Source: Candidatus Woykebacteria bacterium (GTDB lineage: Bacteria > Patescibacteriota > Microgenomatia > Woykebacterales > RBG-16-39-9b). From it: a stretch of DNA of 64,000 bases. Position numbers and translations under genes: made by a program. Of the stretch, positions 1-8,818 are shown piece after piece (position 1 is the first letter of the stretch; each line of letters begins with the position of its first letter). The stretch covers positions 246,208-310,207 of the forward strand of contig JBBDPN010000001.1 of NCBI GenBank assembly GCA_040876265.1, given 5' to 3'. The notes beneath the pieces were generated by a model that saw nothing but the letters and a program-made list of their open reading frames with translations, had not been told where the DNA came from and ran no database searches.

Positions 1-79
1 TCGCTTTGCGATTTGCTACCACACGTAGACTAAATCGAGGCGATTATAACACGCTGCCGTGTAAATTCAATGTTACCCC

Positions 80-1123
80 TCAATCTTCCCAATATCCGTA
101 ACGCAGCCTTCGGTAGGCTCTCCTAAGCCGCTCAGCGCTTCTGTAAGCGTAATATTTAGGAGAAAGTGGGTAATCCTGGGCCCGTAGGTAACTATACTTA
201 AACCCTCCAAAACCACGCTTGAAAAGACTAAAACCGTACCAAGGGTGGCCTGGGCGAAAATTTTTATCTTTGACTACCCCCCAAAAATTGTAATATTTGC
301 AGCCGCGGCGTTTGGCCTCTTTTATTGCCGCCCACTGTAGTGAGTACCCCACGGATTGAGCTTGCTCGGGATTAGAAGCGGCGTGAAGATAATAACCCAT
401 CTCTCCGTAAAACATAATCATTGCCATGGAGAGTATTGTGTTGCCCTTCTTAGCGATAAATATTTTTTCCTGACTGTCTATGGAAAATACGGAAAATTGC
501 TTTATGTAGTAATCTTTTGGATGATTTACGAACTCTTTTCGGTCTGCGGTGGAGTAAAGTAAATCGACAAATTTCTCGATGTCCCCGGATTTATCCGAAA
601 TTTCGATTTTCACTCCTTGTTTTGGTTCATTTCTAATTAAATAGCGAGTGGTCTTGCGCATATCCGCCAAAAGCTGCTCTTCCGGTTTCTCCAAAGGAAG
701 TAACCAGGCGTCCTCTACTTGCACAAACGTGACAGCTGGTTGAAATCCTAATTTGGAAAAGATTTTTCTGTTATCTGTTGTTTCTTCAAGAAGTGGGTCA
801 AGTTTTATAAAAATGCAATTTTCTTCCGTACCAATTTTCTTTAATTCCTCAGAAATCGCTTCAAAAAGACTCACACCTTCCCAATTTAATAGCGGACCTC
901 GAGGGCAATAAAGGTAATTTCCAAATTTGGTTTCATACTTTACCATCAAGCAGATCGCGGCTAACTTGCCTTTTTCAAATGCCCCAAGCCGCCAAATTTT
1001 TCGGCCAAATCGTTTATTAAACTCTCCCCAATTCCAGGATTGCAGGAAAGTGTTTGGTGAAGCGGATAGTGAGAAATTTTCCCAGGAGTTTTTACTTTGC
1101 ACCTCTTTGATTTCGTAAGTCAT
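80..1123 (-). CDS. FemAB-family peptidoglycan interpeptide-bridge aminoacyltransferase (FemX-like)
   Basis: 347-aa ORF whose sequence resembles the FemAB/methicillin-resistance-factor family (PF02388), including a conserved W/F-rich C-terminus. It forms an operon with the downstream DegT-type aminotransferase. Confidence 0.55.
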   Translation of the reverse strand: MTYEIKEVQSKNSWENFSLSASPNTFLQSWNWGEFNKRFGRKIWRLGAFEKGKLAAICLMVKYETKFGNYLYCPRGPLLNWEGVSLFEAISEELKKIGTEENCIFIKLDPLLEETTDNRKIFSKLGFQPAVTFVQVEDAWLLPLEKPEEQLLADMRKTTRYLIRNEPKQGVKIEISDKSGDIEKFVDLLYSTADRKEFVNHPKDYYIKQFSVFSIDSQEKIFIAKKGNTILSMAMIMFYGEMGYYLHAASNPEQAQSVGYSLQWAAIKEAKRRGCKYYNFWGVVKDKNFRPGHPWYGFSLFKRGFGGFKYSYLRAQDYPLSPKYYAYRSAERLRRAYRRLRYGYWED

Positions 1124-1137
1124 GAGTTCAAAAATTT

Positions 1138-2334
1138 TTAATGAAAATTGTTTACAAATTCCACTATTTTCCTCGACTCCTCAAGGTCCATTCCCAAATG
1201 ATTTGGCAAGTTAATAGTTTGCTCAGCCGTAGTTTCGGCTACTGGGCAGTCTCCCATTTTGTAACCAAGTCTGCCTTCGTCTACTCCTTTTGGATAAACC
1301 GGAGTGTTGTACCAGTTTCCAAACCAAAACTTTCGCTTTTTAGCCTCGGAAAGCACTCTTGTGGCTTCTTTGTGCAGAGCTACCACTCTCAAATAGACTC
1401 CTTCGTGAGAGGAGAGCAACTTAAAGTCCGGATTTGAAACGTTCTCTAAATAAAATTCAGCAATTTTACGTCTGTTACTGTTGTATTTTTCCAAATTTTC
1501 AAACTCATCTGCGGCAATTTGGGCAAAAATGTTGGTCATACTTGCCGGGTACCAATTTGGTCTTTCGCCTATCTTTTCTTTTTTTGAAGTAACGACATTG
1601 AAAAAATCATATTTATTTAAGTTCTTAATTAGCTTTTCTCCGGGACCTCGAAAGTAAATCTTACGCAGTAGTAACCTCCAAGCAAAGAAATTGAAAAATT
1701 CCCCACCAGTTCGCGCGATTGGTAAGTTAGGAAGTTGAGAGGTTACTTTTATAACAGGCCTTAAAAGTTTAGTAGTTTTTACGAGAATCGCGCCACCGGC
1801 AAGAGAAGAGATCACTTTCTCTCTACCGAAAGAAACTATAGCTGCGTCACCAAAGGTACCGAGTTTCCTACCATTGTGTTTGCCGCCAAGGGCGTGAGCG
1901 CAATCTTCCAAAACCAACAAGTCGTGTTTTTTTGCAATTTCAAGTATTTCTTCTATGGGACCTGGCCTACCCATCGTGTGTTGAAGTATGACCGCACGGG
2001 TTTTACCAGAGATTTTTTTCTCTACCTCTGCCGGATCCACGTTTAAAGTATCCGATTTTATATCAGCGTAAATTGGTGTTGCCTCGGTCCAAACGACTGG
2101 ATTGGGAACGGCATTACAAGTGTAAGCCTGGATAATTACCTCATCTCCCTTGCCTATTTCCGCCGCTTTCAGAAAGAGATAAATAGCACTTCGGCCGCTA
2201 TTTACCGGGAAAACCCGAAGTGAAAAATACTGTTCCAAGATTTCTTTTAGTTTTTCGGTCGGTTCCAGAGCGCCCTCGGCATGCGGCTTGAAAGCATTTT
2301 TTAAAATATTTTTGAGGATTTGGGTTTTGGCCAT
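1138..2334 (-). CDS. DegT/DnrJ/EryC1/StrS-family PLP-dependent sugar aminotransferase
   Basis: 398-aa ORF with the family fold signature, including the SFGxxK Schiff-base lysine region (IVSFGREKVI). Confidence 0.7.
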   Translation of the reverse strand: MAKTQILKNILKNAFKPHAEGALEPTEKLKEILEQYFSLRVFPVNSGRSAIYLFLKAAEIGKGDEVIIQAYTCNAVPNPVVWTEATPIYADIKSDTLNVDPAEVEKKISGKTRAVILQHTMGRPGPIEEILEIAKKHDLLVLEDCAHALGGKHNGRKLGTFGDAAIVSFGREKVISSLAGGAILVKTTKLLRPVIKVTSQLPNLPIARTGGEFFNFFAWRLLLRKIYFRGPGEKLIKNLNKYDFFNVVTSKKEKIGERPNWYPASMTNIFAQIAADEFENLEKYNSNRRKIAEFYLENVSNPDFKLLSSHEGVYLRVVALHKEATRVLSEAKKRKFWFGNWYNTPVYPKGVDEGRLGYKMGDCPVAETTAEQTINLPNHLGMDLEESRKIVEFVNNFH

Positions 2335-2391
2335 TTGAGATTAGATTTGAGAATTATGATAGCACAAAATGGCGTTCAAGGAGAATTTGGC

Positions 2392-2460
2392 TGCCGGGCT
2401 AGGATTCGAACCTAGATAAACGGGTCCAGAACCCGTTGTCCTACCATTAGACGACCCGGC
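2392..2460 (-). tRNA. tRNA-Gln (anticodon CUG), no encoded CCA
   Basis: Reverse complement folds as a cloverleaf with T-loop GGTTCGAATCC and anticodon loop TTCTGGA. The D-arm is of the Glu/Gln type. Confidence 0.55.
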
Positions 2461-2471
2461 ACTGTCCTGGC

Positions 2472-2540
2472 TGGGGAACCAGGATTCGAACCTGGACTAA
2501 CGGCTTCAAAGGCCGCTGTGCTACCATTACACAATTCCCC
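2472..2540 (-). tRNA. tRNA-Gln (anticodon UUG), no encoded CCA
   Basis: Reverse complement GGGGAATTGTGTAATGGTAGCACAGCGGCCTTTGAAGCCGT...GGTTCGAATCC, with anticodon loop CTTTGAA. Confidence 0.6.
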
Positions 2541-2583
2541 ATTGTTTTGATTGGCTTGCCAACCGAAGCTTTATGCGAAGGTT

Positions 2584-2657
2584 GGTCGGGGTGACACGAA
2601 TCGAACGTGCGACCTCACGCTCCCAAAGCGCGCGCTCTGCCCCTGAGCTACACCCCG
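2584..2657 (-). tRNA. tRNA-Pro (anticodon UGG), CCA encoded
   Basis: Reverse complement CGGGGTGTAGCTCAGGGGCAGAGCGCGCGCTTTGGGAGCGTG..GTTCGATTC...CCCCGACCA, with anticodon loop TTTGGGA. Confidence 0.7.
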
Positions 2658-2660
2658 AAG

Positions 2661-2747
<87 letters not shown>

Positions 2748-2865
2748 AAATGAACCCAGTTATTCTACCAAACCTACGGTCTATTTTCAATTTAAATGAG
2801 AGCTGGTAAATAGTGGTTCGAAAATTTTCAACTAAGTCCAACCAACCTTATATTGACTGTCATAA

Positions 2866-2892
2866 CAAGAAAAACGGCTCATTTCTGAGTCG
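2866..2892 (-). terminator. Putative intrinsic terminator of the small zinc-ribbon gene
   Basis: On the minus strand, hairpin CGACTCA-GAAA-TGAGCCG followed by a TTTTT tract. Confidence 0.35.
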
Positions 2893-2925
2893 CTTTTCTT
2901 TTGCTTAAGTATCAAATCAAAGGTT

Positions 2926-3066
2926 TTAGCCTCCGATTTTAAACATCTTCGTTCCGCAGACAGGACAAGTACCCTTCAAGGCTTTTCTACCATTTTTCAT
3001 GGTTACTTGCTCTGGACTTGAAACTTCCCGCTTAGTTTTACACTTAACGCAGTACGCAGTCGACAT
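2926..3066 (-). CDS. 46-aa zinc-ribbon microprotein (DUF5679-like)
   Basis: Translation by hand: MSTAYCVKCKTKREVSSPEQVTMKNGRKALKGTCPVCGTKMFKIGG. It carries CxxC...CxxC and sits 14 nt downstream of a strong SD (GGAAGGAGGTG). The ORF is below the size cut-off of the supplied track. Confidence 0.5.
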   Translation of the reverse strand: MSTAYCVKCKTKREVSSPEQVTMKNGRKALKGTCPVCGTKMFKIGG

Positions 3067-3216
3067 ATTTCCGCTAGCACCTCCTTCCACATGTAAATAT
3101 TTTAACTTTCTTGTCTATTATCTTTAATCACAGCTGCTGTGTCAAACCCTTAACCAAAGCTAACTTCCTTCATTGAATTGACGTACGTAATATTCATTAT
3201 AATATAATTAAACTAA

Positions 3217-3627
3217 ATGAAATCTGATGAGGAACTACTAAGAAGTTTCAAACTTTATATTGGTGAAGATGACATTGCTTACTTGGAATTCCTTGGAGCA
3301 CAGGATGTCCCAGAAAACAATATCCGCCAAGCCGAGCTAATTCGTGACGGGTTGACTAAACTCTTAGAGGAGTCTCCGGAAAGAGACTACAACATGCTGA
3401 TTGATCTTACTGCCACGTCTGTGGTGACAAACATTCCAGATCGTTCAAAAGAGATATACGCGAAATCCCCTGTCTTTAAAAAGATGTACAAAATTGCAGT
3501 CGTCACCCCAAGCCTACTTTTAAAAATATTAACCTCCGCGGTTTCGCTCATTGGTGGCAAATACGAGGGTATAAAATCGTTTGATAACCGAGAAGAAGCG
3601 TTGGGTTGGCTAAAACCTGGCAAATAG
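3217..3627 (+). CDS. Hypothetical protein, possible STAS-like fold
   Basis: 136-aa ORF with no strong motif. The C-terminus (GIKSFDNREEALGWL) is reminiscent of STAS/anti-sigma-antagonist-like domains. Confidence 0.35.
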   Translation: MKSDEELLRSFKLYIGEDDIAYLEFLGAQDVPENNIRQAELIRDGLTKLLEESPERDYNMLIDLTATSVVTNIPDRSKEIYAKSPVFKKMYKIAVVTPSLLLKILTSAVSLIGGKYEGIKSFDNREEALGWLKPGK

Positions 3628-3628
3628 C

Positions 3629-4042
3629 TCATTTTTCTTTGTTTGGGTTGAGGGAAACGCAGTTTACACAGTATCTTTTTCCCGTTGCCTGTTTGCCGCC
3701 AGGTAAAGTTTTCGGCCCGTCATCGAAAACATGGCCCAGGTGAGCCCCGCATTTGCCGCAAGTTATCTCTGTTCGACTAATACCCAAACTTTTATCCTGA
3801 GCATATTCAACCGCGCTAGGAGTAATTGGTCCATAAAAACTCGGCCAGCCAGTACCGCTTTCGAATTTCGCCTCTTCCGAAAACAGCTCATTACCACACA
3901 CATTGCAACGATAAATCCCGTCTTTAGCAGGATCTAGAGTTTTTGAAAATGGAGCCTCCGTACCTTTCTCAAAGGCTATATGATACAGCTGTGGATCCAG
4001 TTTCCTTTTCAACTCGGCATCGCTTTTTGAAATTTTTTTCAT
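3629..4042 (-). CDS. msrB: Peptide-methionine (R)-S-oxide reductase MsrB
   Basis: Has GWPSF, the RTEITCGKCGAHLGHVF catalytic region, and two CxxC zinc pairs. Confidence 0.9.
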   Translation of the reverse strand: MKKISKSDAELKRKLDPQLYHIAFEKGTEAPFSKTLDPAKDGIYRCNVCGNELFSEEAKFESGTGWPSFYGPITPSAVEYAQDKSLGISRTEITCGKCGAHLGHVFDDGPKTLPGGKQATGKRYCVNCVSLNPNKEK

Positions 4043-4109
4043 ATCCTAAATATATATTGACACGGGAAATGTGTTTGTTCAATAACTTTTAAAAATCTAT
4101 AATGAACCT

Positions 4110-4751
4110 ATGGACTTCATTCGCGCCAACAAAGCAGCCAGTTGGTTATTTTTAGGGTTTTTAACCGCACTCCTCCTATTAACTGCATTGGTTGCGGTAG
4201 GTGAGACAGAGACTTTTGATTATAACGCACTTTCCTACGTGACCAATATAGACTCCTACCCGCTCAGCTGGTTTATGATTTTTATTTCCAGTTTTGGCGA
4301 CGGGTTTTTCCCTATAATCTTCTTCTTCGCTTTTGCCTTTGCTCTACTGCTCAAGGGTTATAAGCGGCAATCTTACTTCTCTTTTTTAACATGGATCGGC
4401 CCGCTAATATCTTTTATTCTAAAGATAGTCGTTGCCCGACCACGACCAGAAGGTTTTTTAGACGCAAATTACTTTCTACTTGCTGATTTTGGTTACCCCA
4501 GTGGTCACGTTGTCTTTTATACAGTTTTCTTTGGCTTGGTTTTTCTTTACGCTCTTAGCCTACCCAAAATAGCTAGATTTGGAAGAATACTACTTAGTGC
4601 TGTCTCGCTAAGTTTAATTTTTTTAATTGGATTTTCTCGAATTTTTTTGGGAGTTCACTACCCTACCGATGTAATTGGTGGTTACCTATTGGGGTTTATC
4701 GTCTGGTTTATGCTTGCAATCGCTTATAAAAAATTCATTTACCTAGAATAA
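4110..4751 (+). CDS. PAP2-family phosphatase (undecaprenyl-diphosphatase / phosphatidic acid phosphatase-like)
   Basis: PAP2 motifs are present: KxxxxxxRP (RPRPEG), PSGH, SRxxxxxHxxxD (SRIFLGVHYPTD). Six predicted TM helices. Confidence 0.8.
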   Translation: MDFIRANKAASWLFLGFLTALLLLTALVAVGETETFDYNALSYVTNIDSYPLSWFMIFISSFGDGFFPIIFFFAFAFALLLKGYKRQSYFSFLTWIGPLISFILKIVVARPRPEGFLDANYFLLADFGYPSGHVVFYTVFFGLVFLYALSLPKIARFGRILLSAVSLSLIFLIGFSRIFLGVHYPTDVIGGYLLGFIVWFMLAIAYKKFIYLE

Positions 4752-5111
4752 GTGCGGGATAAAAAGTATCAACCCAACAATTGCCGCGAAAAAGGACATC
4801 AGTAGCACGGCGGCAGCAGAAACATCTTTTGCCAGCCCGGCATCTGGTATCAATTTTTCCTTTACGGCTAGATCAACAACGACCTCGATAACGGTGTTTA
4901 GTAGTTCGGCAGTTAACACTAAAGCGATAGTGATAATGAGGATCAACCATTCAAAACGGCTAAAACCAAGTACCAAGGCTAGAAACACGGCAATAATCCC
5001 AATTATTGCTTGGCTTTGAAAGTTTTTTTGATGAATCAGCGCGTGAATTAAACCTTGGTGAGCTGCTTTAAAACTACTCAATCTTGTTTTGTTATTATTT
5101 TTTCCAATCAT
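4743..5111 (-). CDS. dgkA: Diacylglycerol kinase family protein (DgkA-like)
   Basis: Prokaryotic DAGK fold: three TM helices and an ELLNTxIExxVD motif. The start was trimmed to Met-38 (MIGKNNN) because the longer ORF would run into tRNA-Leu. Confidence 0.7.
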   Translation of the reverse strand: MIGKNNNKTRLSSFKAAHQGLIHALIHQKNFQSQAIIGIIAVFLALVLGFSRFEWLILIITIALVLTAELLNTVIEVVVDLAVKEKLIPDAGLAKDVSAAAVLLMSFFAAIVGLILFIPHLF

Positions 5112-5169
5112 TTTCCCTATTATACTACCAAATAATGCGCAATTTTGGTAAAATAGCTTTTCTACGAGC

Positions 5170-5256
5170 GCGGACGTGGCGGAATCGGTAGACGCGCAGC
5201 CTTGAGGAGGCTGTGGGAGCAATCCTGTGGAGGTTCAAGTCCTCTCGTCCGCACCA
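5170..5256 (+). tRNA. tRNA-Leu (anticodon GAG), CCA encoded
   Basis: GCGGACGTGGCGGAATCGGTAGACGCGCAGCCTTGAGGAGGCTG + long variable arm + GGTTCAAGTCC...CCGCACCA. Confidence 0.75.
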
Positions 5257-5334
5257 GGGACGGTTAGCTCAGTTGGCCAGAGCGCCTCGTTTACACCGAG
5301 GAGGTCGCAGGTTCAAGTCCTGCACCGTCCACCA
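5257..5334 (+). tRNA. tRNA-Val (anticodon UAC), CCA encoded
   Basis: GGGACGGTTAGCTCAGTTGG...CCTCGTTTACACCGAGG...GGTTCAAGTCC...CCACCA. Confidence 0.75.
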
Positions 5335-5335
5335 C

Positions 5336-5410
5336 GCCGGGATAGCTCAGTGGTAGAGCGTCCGCCTGAAGAGCGGAGCGTGGGCGGTTCGATTCCGTCT
5401 CCCGGCACCA
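5336..5410 (+). tRNA. tRNA-Phe (anticodon GAA), CCA encoded
   Basis: GCCGGGATAGCTCAGTGGTAGAGCGTCCGCCTGAAGAGCGGAG...GGTTCGATTCC...CCCGGCACCA. Confidence 0.8.
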
Positions 5411-5417
5411 CCAATTT

Positions 5418-5801
5418 ATGGGTAGGGTGATTAGAAACACTTACATAGTCGCAGCTCCAGTCCAAAAAGTTTGGCGCGCTCTTGTAGATCCCGAGGAAAT
5501 TGCTGGCTGGGGTGCTGGACCAGCGGTGATGAGCGAGCAAAAGGATGTAGAATTCAAGCTTTGGGGTGGTGATATTTACGGCAGAAATACTCAAGTTGTT
5601 AAAAATAAAAAAATCACTCAAGATTGGTACGCCGGTGACTGGAAACATCCTTCAAAAGTAACCATTGAGTTGGCATCTCAACAAGACAAAACTAAAGTAA
5701 CCCTCCATCAGGAAAACGTCCCTGAAGATGAATTTAAAGAAATCAATGACGGGTGGGATCGGTACTATTTTGGTGAAATAAAGAAGTATCTTGAGGACTA
5801 A
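5418..5801 (+). CDS. SRPBCC-superfamily protein (AHSA1/activator-of-Hsp90-ATPase-like)
   Basis: 127-aa ORF with the typical AHSA1-like start (IRNTYIVAAPVQKVWRAL...W). Confidence 0.55.
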   Translation: MGRVIRNTYIVAAPVQKVWRALVDPEEIAGWGAGPAVMSEQKDVEFKLWGGDIYGRNTQVVKNKKITQDWYAGDWKHPSKVTIELASQQDKTKVTLHQENVPEDEFKEINDGWDRYYFGEIKKYLED

Positions 5802-5802
5802 A

Positions 5803-6489
5803 TCATTTTTTTGCTTCAATAGTCCTTTCCACTTCCCTCCTTGCTTTATAAAATTTAAGCAGGATGTAAGTGATTAGGCTACCCAGGGTCATACCGGCAA
5901 GATTGAAGATAAAAACCAGAAGATAAAAATTTATCAACCTCTGATCGCCAGAGCTGAGTGAGATACCTACCAAAGATAGGGGTGGCGTCAAGGAGACTGC
6001 TATGGCAATTCCCGGCAATACATCGGTCAAGTCTTTATGAGCCCAAGCTAAAGTAGCAGCTATACCTGAGGAAAGAGCTACAAAAGAGTAGAGAACAAAA
6101 ATTCGGGTTGGATCGCCCTCGAGCAGAAATTTTAACTGCCCAACGCCCACAGCCTGGGCTAAAATCCAGGATATCAAAAGAACAACCAAAAACGAAATCA
6201 CCATTAAAAATCCAGCTTTTCTAATTGCTTTTGATTCTACGATAGAAAGCCCAAGTGCGAAGAGAAGAACAGGTGTCATCACTGGAGTAACCAACATACC
6301 ACCGATAACAATCGGGTTGTTGCCTAGCAGGAGGCCAGCTGAAATAATTACTGCGGAAAGGATAAGGAGGGTGTAATAAATTGAATTTGGCTGACTTTTG
6401 GATATTAATTCATCGACAGTGTGATATTGTTCGGATTTATCAACCTTTAGGACATTCCCACTGTCGCGTCTTCCTATGGAGAGAAACAT
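5803..6489 (-). CDS. DUF389 (TIGR00341) family integral membrane protein
   Basis: Multi-TM protein with GGMLVTPVM and PGIAIAVSLTPPL motifs characteristic of DUF389. Confidence 0.5.
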   Translation of the reverse strand: MFLSIGRRDSGNVLKVDKSEQYHTVDELISKSQPNSIYYTLLILSAVIISAGLLLGNNPIVIGGMLVTPVMTPVLLFALGLSIVESKAIRKAGFLMVISFLVVLLISWILAQAVGVGQLKFLLEGDPTRIFVLYSFVALSSGIAATLAWAHKDLTDVLPGIAIAVSLTPPLSLVGISLSSGDQRLINFYLLVFIFNLAGMTLGSLITYILLKFYKARREVERTIEAKK

Positions 6490-6600
6490 AAATTTATTAT
6501 AAAGTTACCTTGTTAAAAATTCCACCGCCCCTCACTTGACTGCTTGAAGTTTAGCTATTATTTTTGATAGACTTCAAAAACCTGAGAGGAGGTGGTAGTA

Positions 6601-6798
6601 ATGACTTACTCCTTTACATGTGAACAAGGACACGAACCAAAGACCTTTACAGTTGACGCCGAGAATGAAGATGAGGCTGTACAGAAACTTCTCGAACAGA
6701 CCGGTCCACACGTAGCCGAAGCTCACCCTGATATGGCAAATATGTCCCCAGCGGAAGCGGAACAGATGATAAGAAACGGCATGAAGGCTGAAGGTTAG
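6601..6798 (+). CDS. DUF1059-like small protein
   Basis: 65-aa ORF starting at the ATG that follows GGAGG at a spacing of 8 nt. The pattern YxFxCxxxGHE...DEA...H....AH is like DUF1059. Confidence 0.45.
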   Translation: MTYSFTCEQGHEPKTFTVDAENEDEAVQKLLEQTGPHVAEAHPDMANMSPAEAEQMIRNGMKAEG

Positions 6799-6826
6799 TT
6801 AGAGTTTCCGAATAGATTTTAAAGAG

Positions 6827-6858
6827 AAGCGGTCCAGCCCAGGACCGCTTTTCATCTT
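6827..6858. terminator. Bidirectional intrinsic terminator between convergent genes
   Basis: AAGCGGTCC-agccca-GGACCGCTT hairpin, flanked by a T-run on the + strand and A-rich sequence on the other side. Confidence 0.6.
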
Positions 6859-6871
6859 AGCACTCTGCTGT

Positions 6872-7141
6872 TTAGCTAAAAATAGAGGTTTGATCAAAAG
6901 CTCCAGATAAAAGACTCCAGACTACGAACCCAATCACAACCAAATAAAGAACACCCATTAAGAACCACAAAAATTTATCAAAAACTTTAGCTAAAGGACC
7001 TGGTTGGTTTATTATTTGAGGTGTTTCAGCGGACTGTGGTGAAGATACAGCTAAGTTTTGGCCAACATAGATACGATCATAGGGACACCAATAAGTATTA
7101 CTTACTCGTGTTACAGTACTACCACACACCGGGCAGTTCAT
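6872..7141 (-). CDS. Zinc-ribbon plus single-TM hypothetical protein
   Basis: CPVCG...CPYD zinc ribbon at the N-terminus and a hydrophobic helix at the C-terminus. Confidence 0.45.
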   Translation of the reverse strand: MNCPVCGSTVTRVSNTYWCPYDRIYVGQNLAVSSPQSAETPQIINQPGPLAKVFDKFLWFLMGVLYLVVIGFVVWSLLSGAFDQTSIFS

Positions 7142-7208
7142 AACACTATTTTACGTCGATTTCCAATCGATGTAAAACATCTTCTTATAGATATTCTATT
7201 TAGTATAA

Positions 7209-7295
7209 TGGTGGGGACGGTGGGAATCGAACCCACACGAGCTTTTAGCTCCCAGGATTTTAAGTCCTGTGCGTCTACCGTTCCGCCACATCCCC
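7209..7295 (-). tRNA. tRNA-Leu (anticodon UAA), long variable arm, CCA encoded
   Basis: Reverse complement GGGGATGTGGCGGAACGGTAGACGCACAGGACTTAAAATCCTG + variable arm + GGTTCGATTCC..CCCCACCA. Confidence 0.8.
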
Positions 7296-7506
7296 AGTTG
7301 GCTAAAGCCGTAGCGTATCCTTAGCAACTCTAGTTGTGCAGGATCTGAAAGGGTACTTAGCTCACAAAGTGGTCGCAAATCGCTGAAGCGATTTATTTTC
7401 AACACCCCTGCAAATTGACTTTCGGATTATACCAATTCTAGGTTTGCTCGGCAACCGTTTCTGTACCCAAATTCCCGGCTCGATATATTGCACAGTTGTA
7501 TATATA

Positions 7507-8085
7507 ATGTATTTAATGGACCAGCGTAGAATTATCCTGCTACCAGCGGGCGGGGCTTTGGTGTTCTTAGTGTTAGTCTTCGGAGTCCTTTTCTTTACTG
7601 GAGGCGCTGGTGGTGGTCGTAGTGATGAACAAGAACAGGAAATAGTTGAGCAACAGAAAAATAGCTTGATTAGTGCAAACGATAAAGATGGTGATACCAT
7701 CCCGGATAACATTGATCAATTTCCCCTTGATCACGATAATGACGGAATAAGTGACAACAAAGATCAAGATCATGACAACGACGGAATTGTCAATTCTAGC
7801 GATGCCAGCCCGTTTGATCACGATAATGACGGGATCCTTGATGGGTTGGATACAGATGATGATAACGACGGTGTCCCAGATAGCGTGGATAAAAATCCAA
7901 AGGACTATGACAATGACGGGATTCCAGATTCCCAAGATCCAGACGGTGATAATGACGGTGTCCCAGATGGGGAAGACGACACTCCACAGGGTGACGGTTC
8001 TGGAAATGGTGGGGATGGTGGTGACGATGGTTCCTCAGGTGGCTCTTCAGGCGGCTCATCCGACCAACCACTTAGGATTCCTTAA
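7507..8085 (+). CDS. Secreted or anchored acidic protein with thrombospondin type-3-like Ca-binding repeats
   Basis: N-terminal TM helix followed by at least seven tandem DxDNDGIxDxxD repeats and a G/S-rich tail. Start assigned to the ATG at 7507. Antisense and off-frame ORFs in this stretch are repeat artefacts. Confidence 0.55.
   Translation: MYLMDQRRIILLPAGGALVFLVLVFGVLFFTGGAGGGRSDEQEQEIVEQQKNSLISANDKDGDTIPDNIDQFPLDHDNDGISDNKDQDHDNDGIVNSSDASPFDHDNDGILDGLDTDDDNDGVPDSVDKNPKDYDNDGIPDSQDPDGDNDGVPDGEDDTPQGDGSGNGGDGGDDGSSGGSSGGSSDQPLRIP
7705..7990 (+). repeat. Tandem 36-39-nt coding repeats (TSP3-like motif)
   Basis: Repeated gatcacgataatgacgg(a/g)at units are visible directly in the sequence. 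Confidence 0.6.
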
Positions 8086-8092
8086 TTAATCT

Positions 8093-8809
8093 ATGTTCAG
8101 CTCCCTTTATAGTCTTTGGTTGGAGGTTCTTTATAAACCAATATACAACTTAGTAATAATTACTTATAACCTTACCCCTGGACCCAGTTTTGGGTTGGCT
8201 ATAATTGGTTTGGCACTACTTATAAGGTTTGTATTCCTTTACTTTACTCTTTTGGGCTTCAGGCATGAAGAACAGCTGGGGAGTGTCCAGCCCACTATTG
8301 CGAAAATCGAAAATGACAAGACCCTAAGTAGTCGGGAAAAACTAGGTAAGGTTTCGGCGGTTACTAAACCTTTTGGGATAAACCCGTTCCTTACGTCGCT
8401 GCCTCTTTTTGCCCAAATAATTTTCTTAGGAGTTCTCTACCAAATTATTCAGGTGGGTATATATAGTAATGGTTTTTCTAATCTATATGGCTTTGTGAGC
8501 CATCCCCAACAAATCAATACCTATTTTCTTGGTACTAACCTGGCAAATCCAAATATATTATTGGCTTTAGTCGCCGCCGGAGTACTTTTTTTGGAAAGAA
8601 TCTGGGAATACAATCAAAAAAAAGAAATTGGGCAGAGTTTCTCCCAAAAATGGGACCCGTTGATTTGGCCTCTTGGGACGTTTATAATCTTACTCATACT
8701 ACCTAGCGCGAAAGCGATATTTGCCATGACATCAGTTGCTTTTTCATTTATTATAAAGAGTATTATTCATTTAAGTAGGTCTAAGCCAGAAAAAGTGGCG
8801 GTAAGGTGA
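8093..8809 (+). CDS. yidC: YidC/Oxa1-family membrane protein insertase (short form)
   Basis: Has GLAIIGLALLIRFVFLY...QP...ENDKTLSSREKLGKVS...GINPF..LPLFAQIIF, which matches the YidC core. Confidence 0.65.
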   Translation: MFSSLYSLWLEVLYKPIYNLVIITYNLTPGPSFGLAIIGLALLIRFVFLYFTLLGFRHEEQLGSVQPTIAKIENDKTLSSREKLGKVSAVTKPFGINPFLTSLPLFAQIIFLGVLYQIIQVGIYSNGFSNLYGFVSHPQQINTYFLGTNLANPNILLALVAAGVLFLERIWEYNQKKEIGQSFSQKWDPLIWPLGTFIILLILPSAKAIFAMTSVAFSFIIKSIIHLSRSKPEKVAVR

Positions 8810-8818
8810 ACTATATAA

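Noticed and set aside
5227-5648. ORFs 5227..5430 (+) and 5313..5648 (-)
   Set aside because: They overlap the tRNA-Leu, tRNA-Val and tRNA-Phe cluster. No RBS, and the sequence is not protein-like.
7058-7405. ORFs 7058..7324 (+) and 7196..7405 (-)
   Set aside because: They overlap tRNA-Leu(UAA).
7362-8089. Five extra ORFs in other frames or antisense across the TSP3-repeat gene (7362..7712-, 7573..7935-, 7751..8089+, 7796..8071-)
   Set aside because: They are generated by the tandem nucleotide repeats. Only the D-rich frame with a TM anchor is protein-like.
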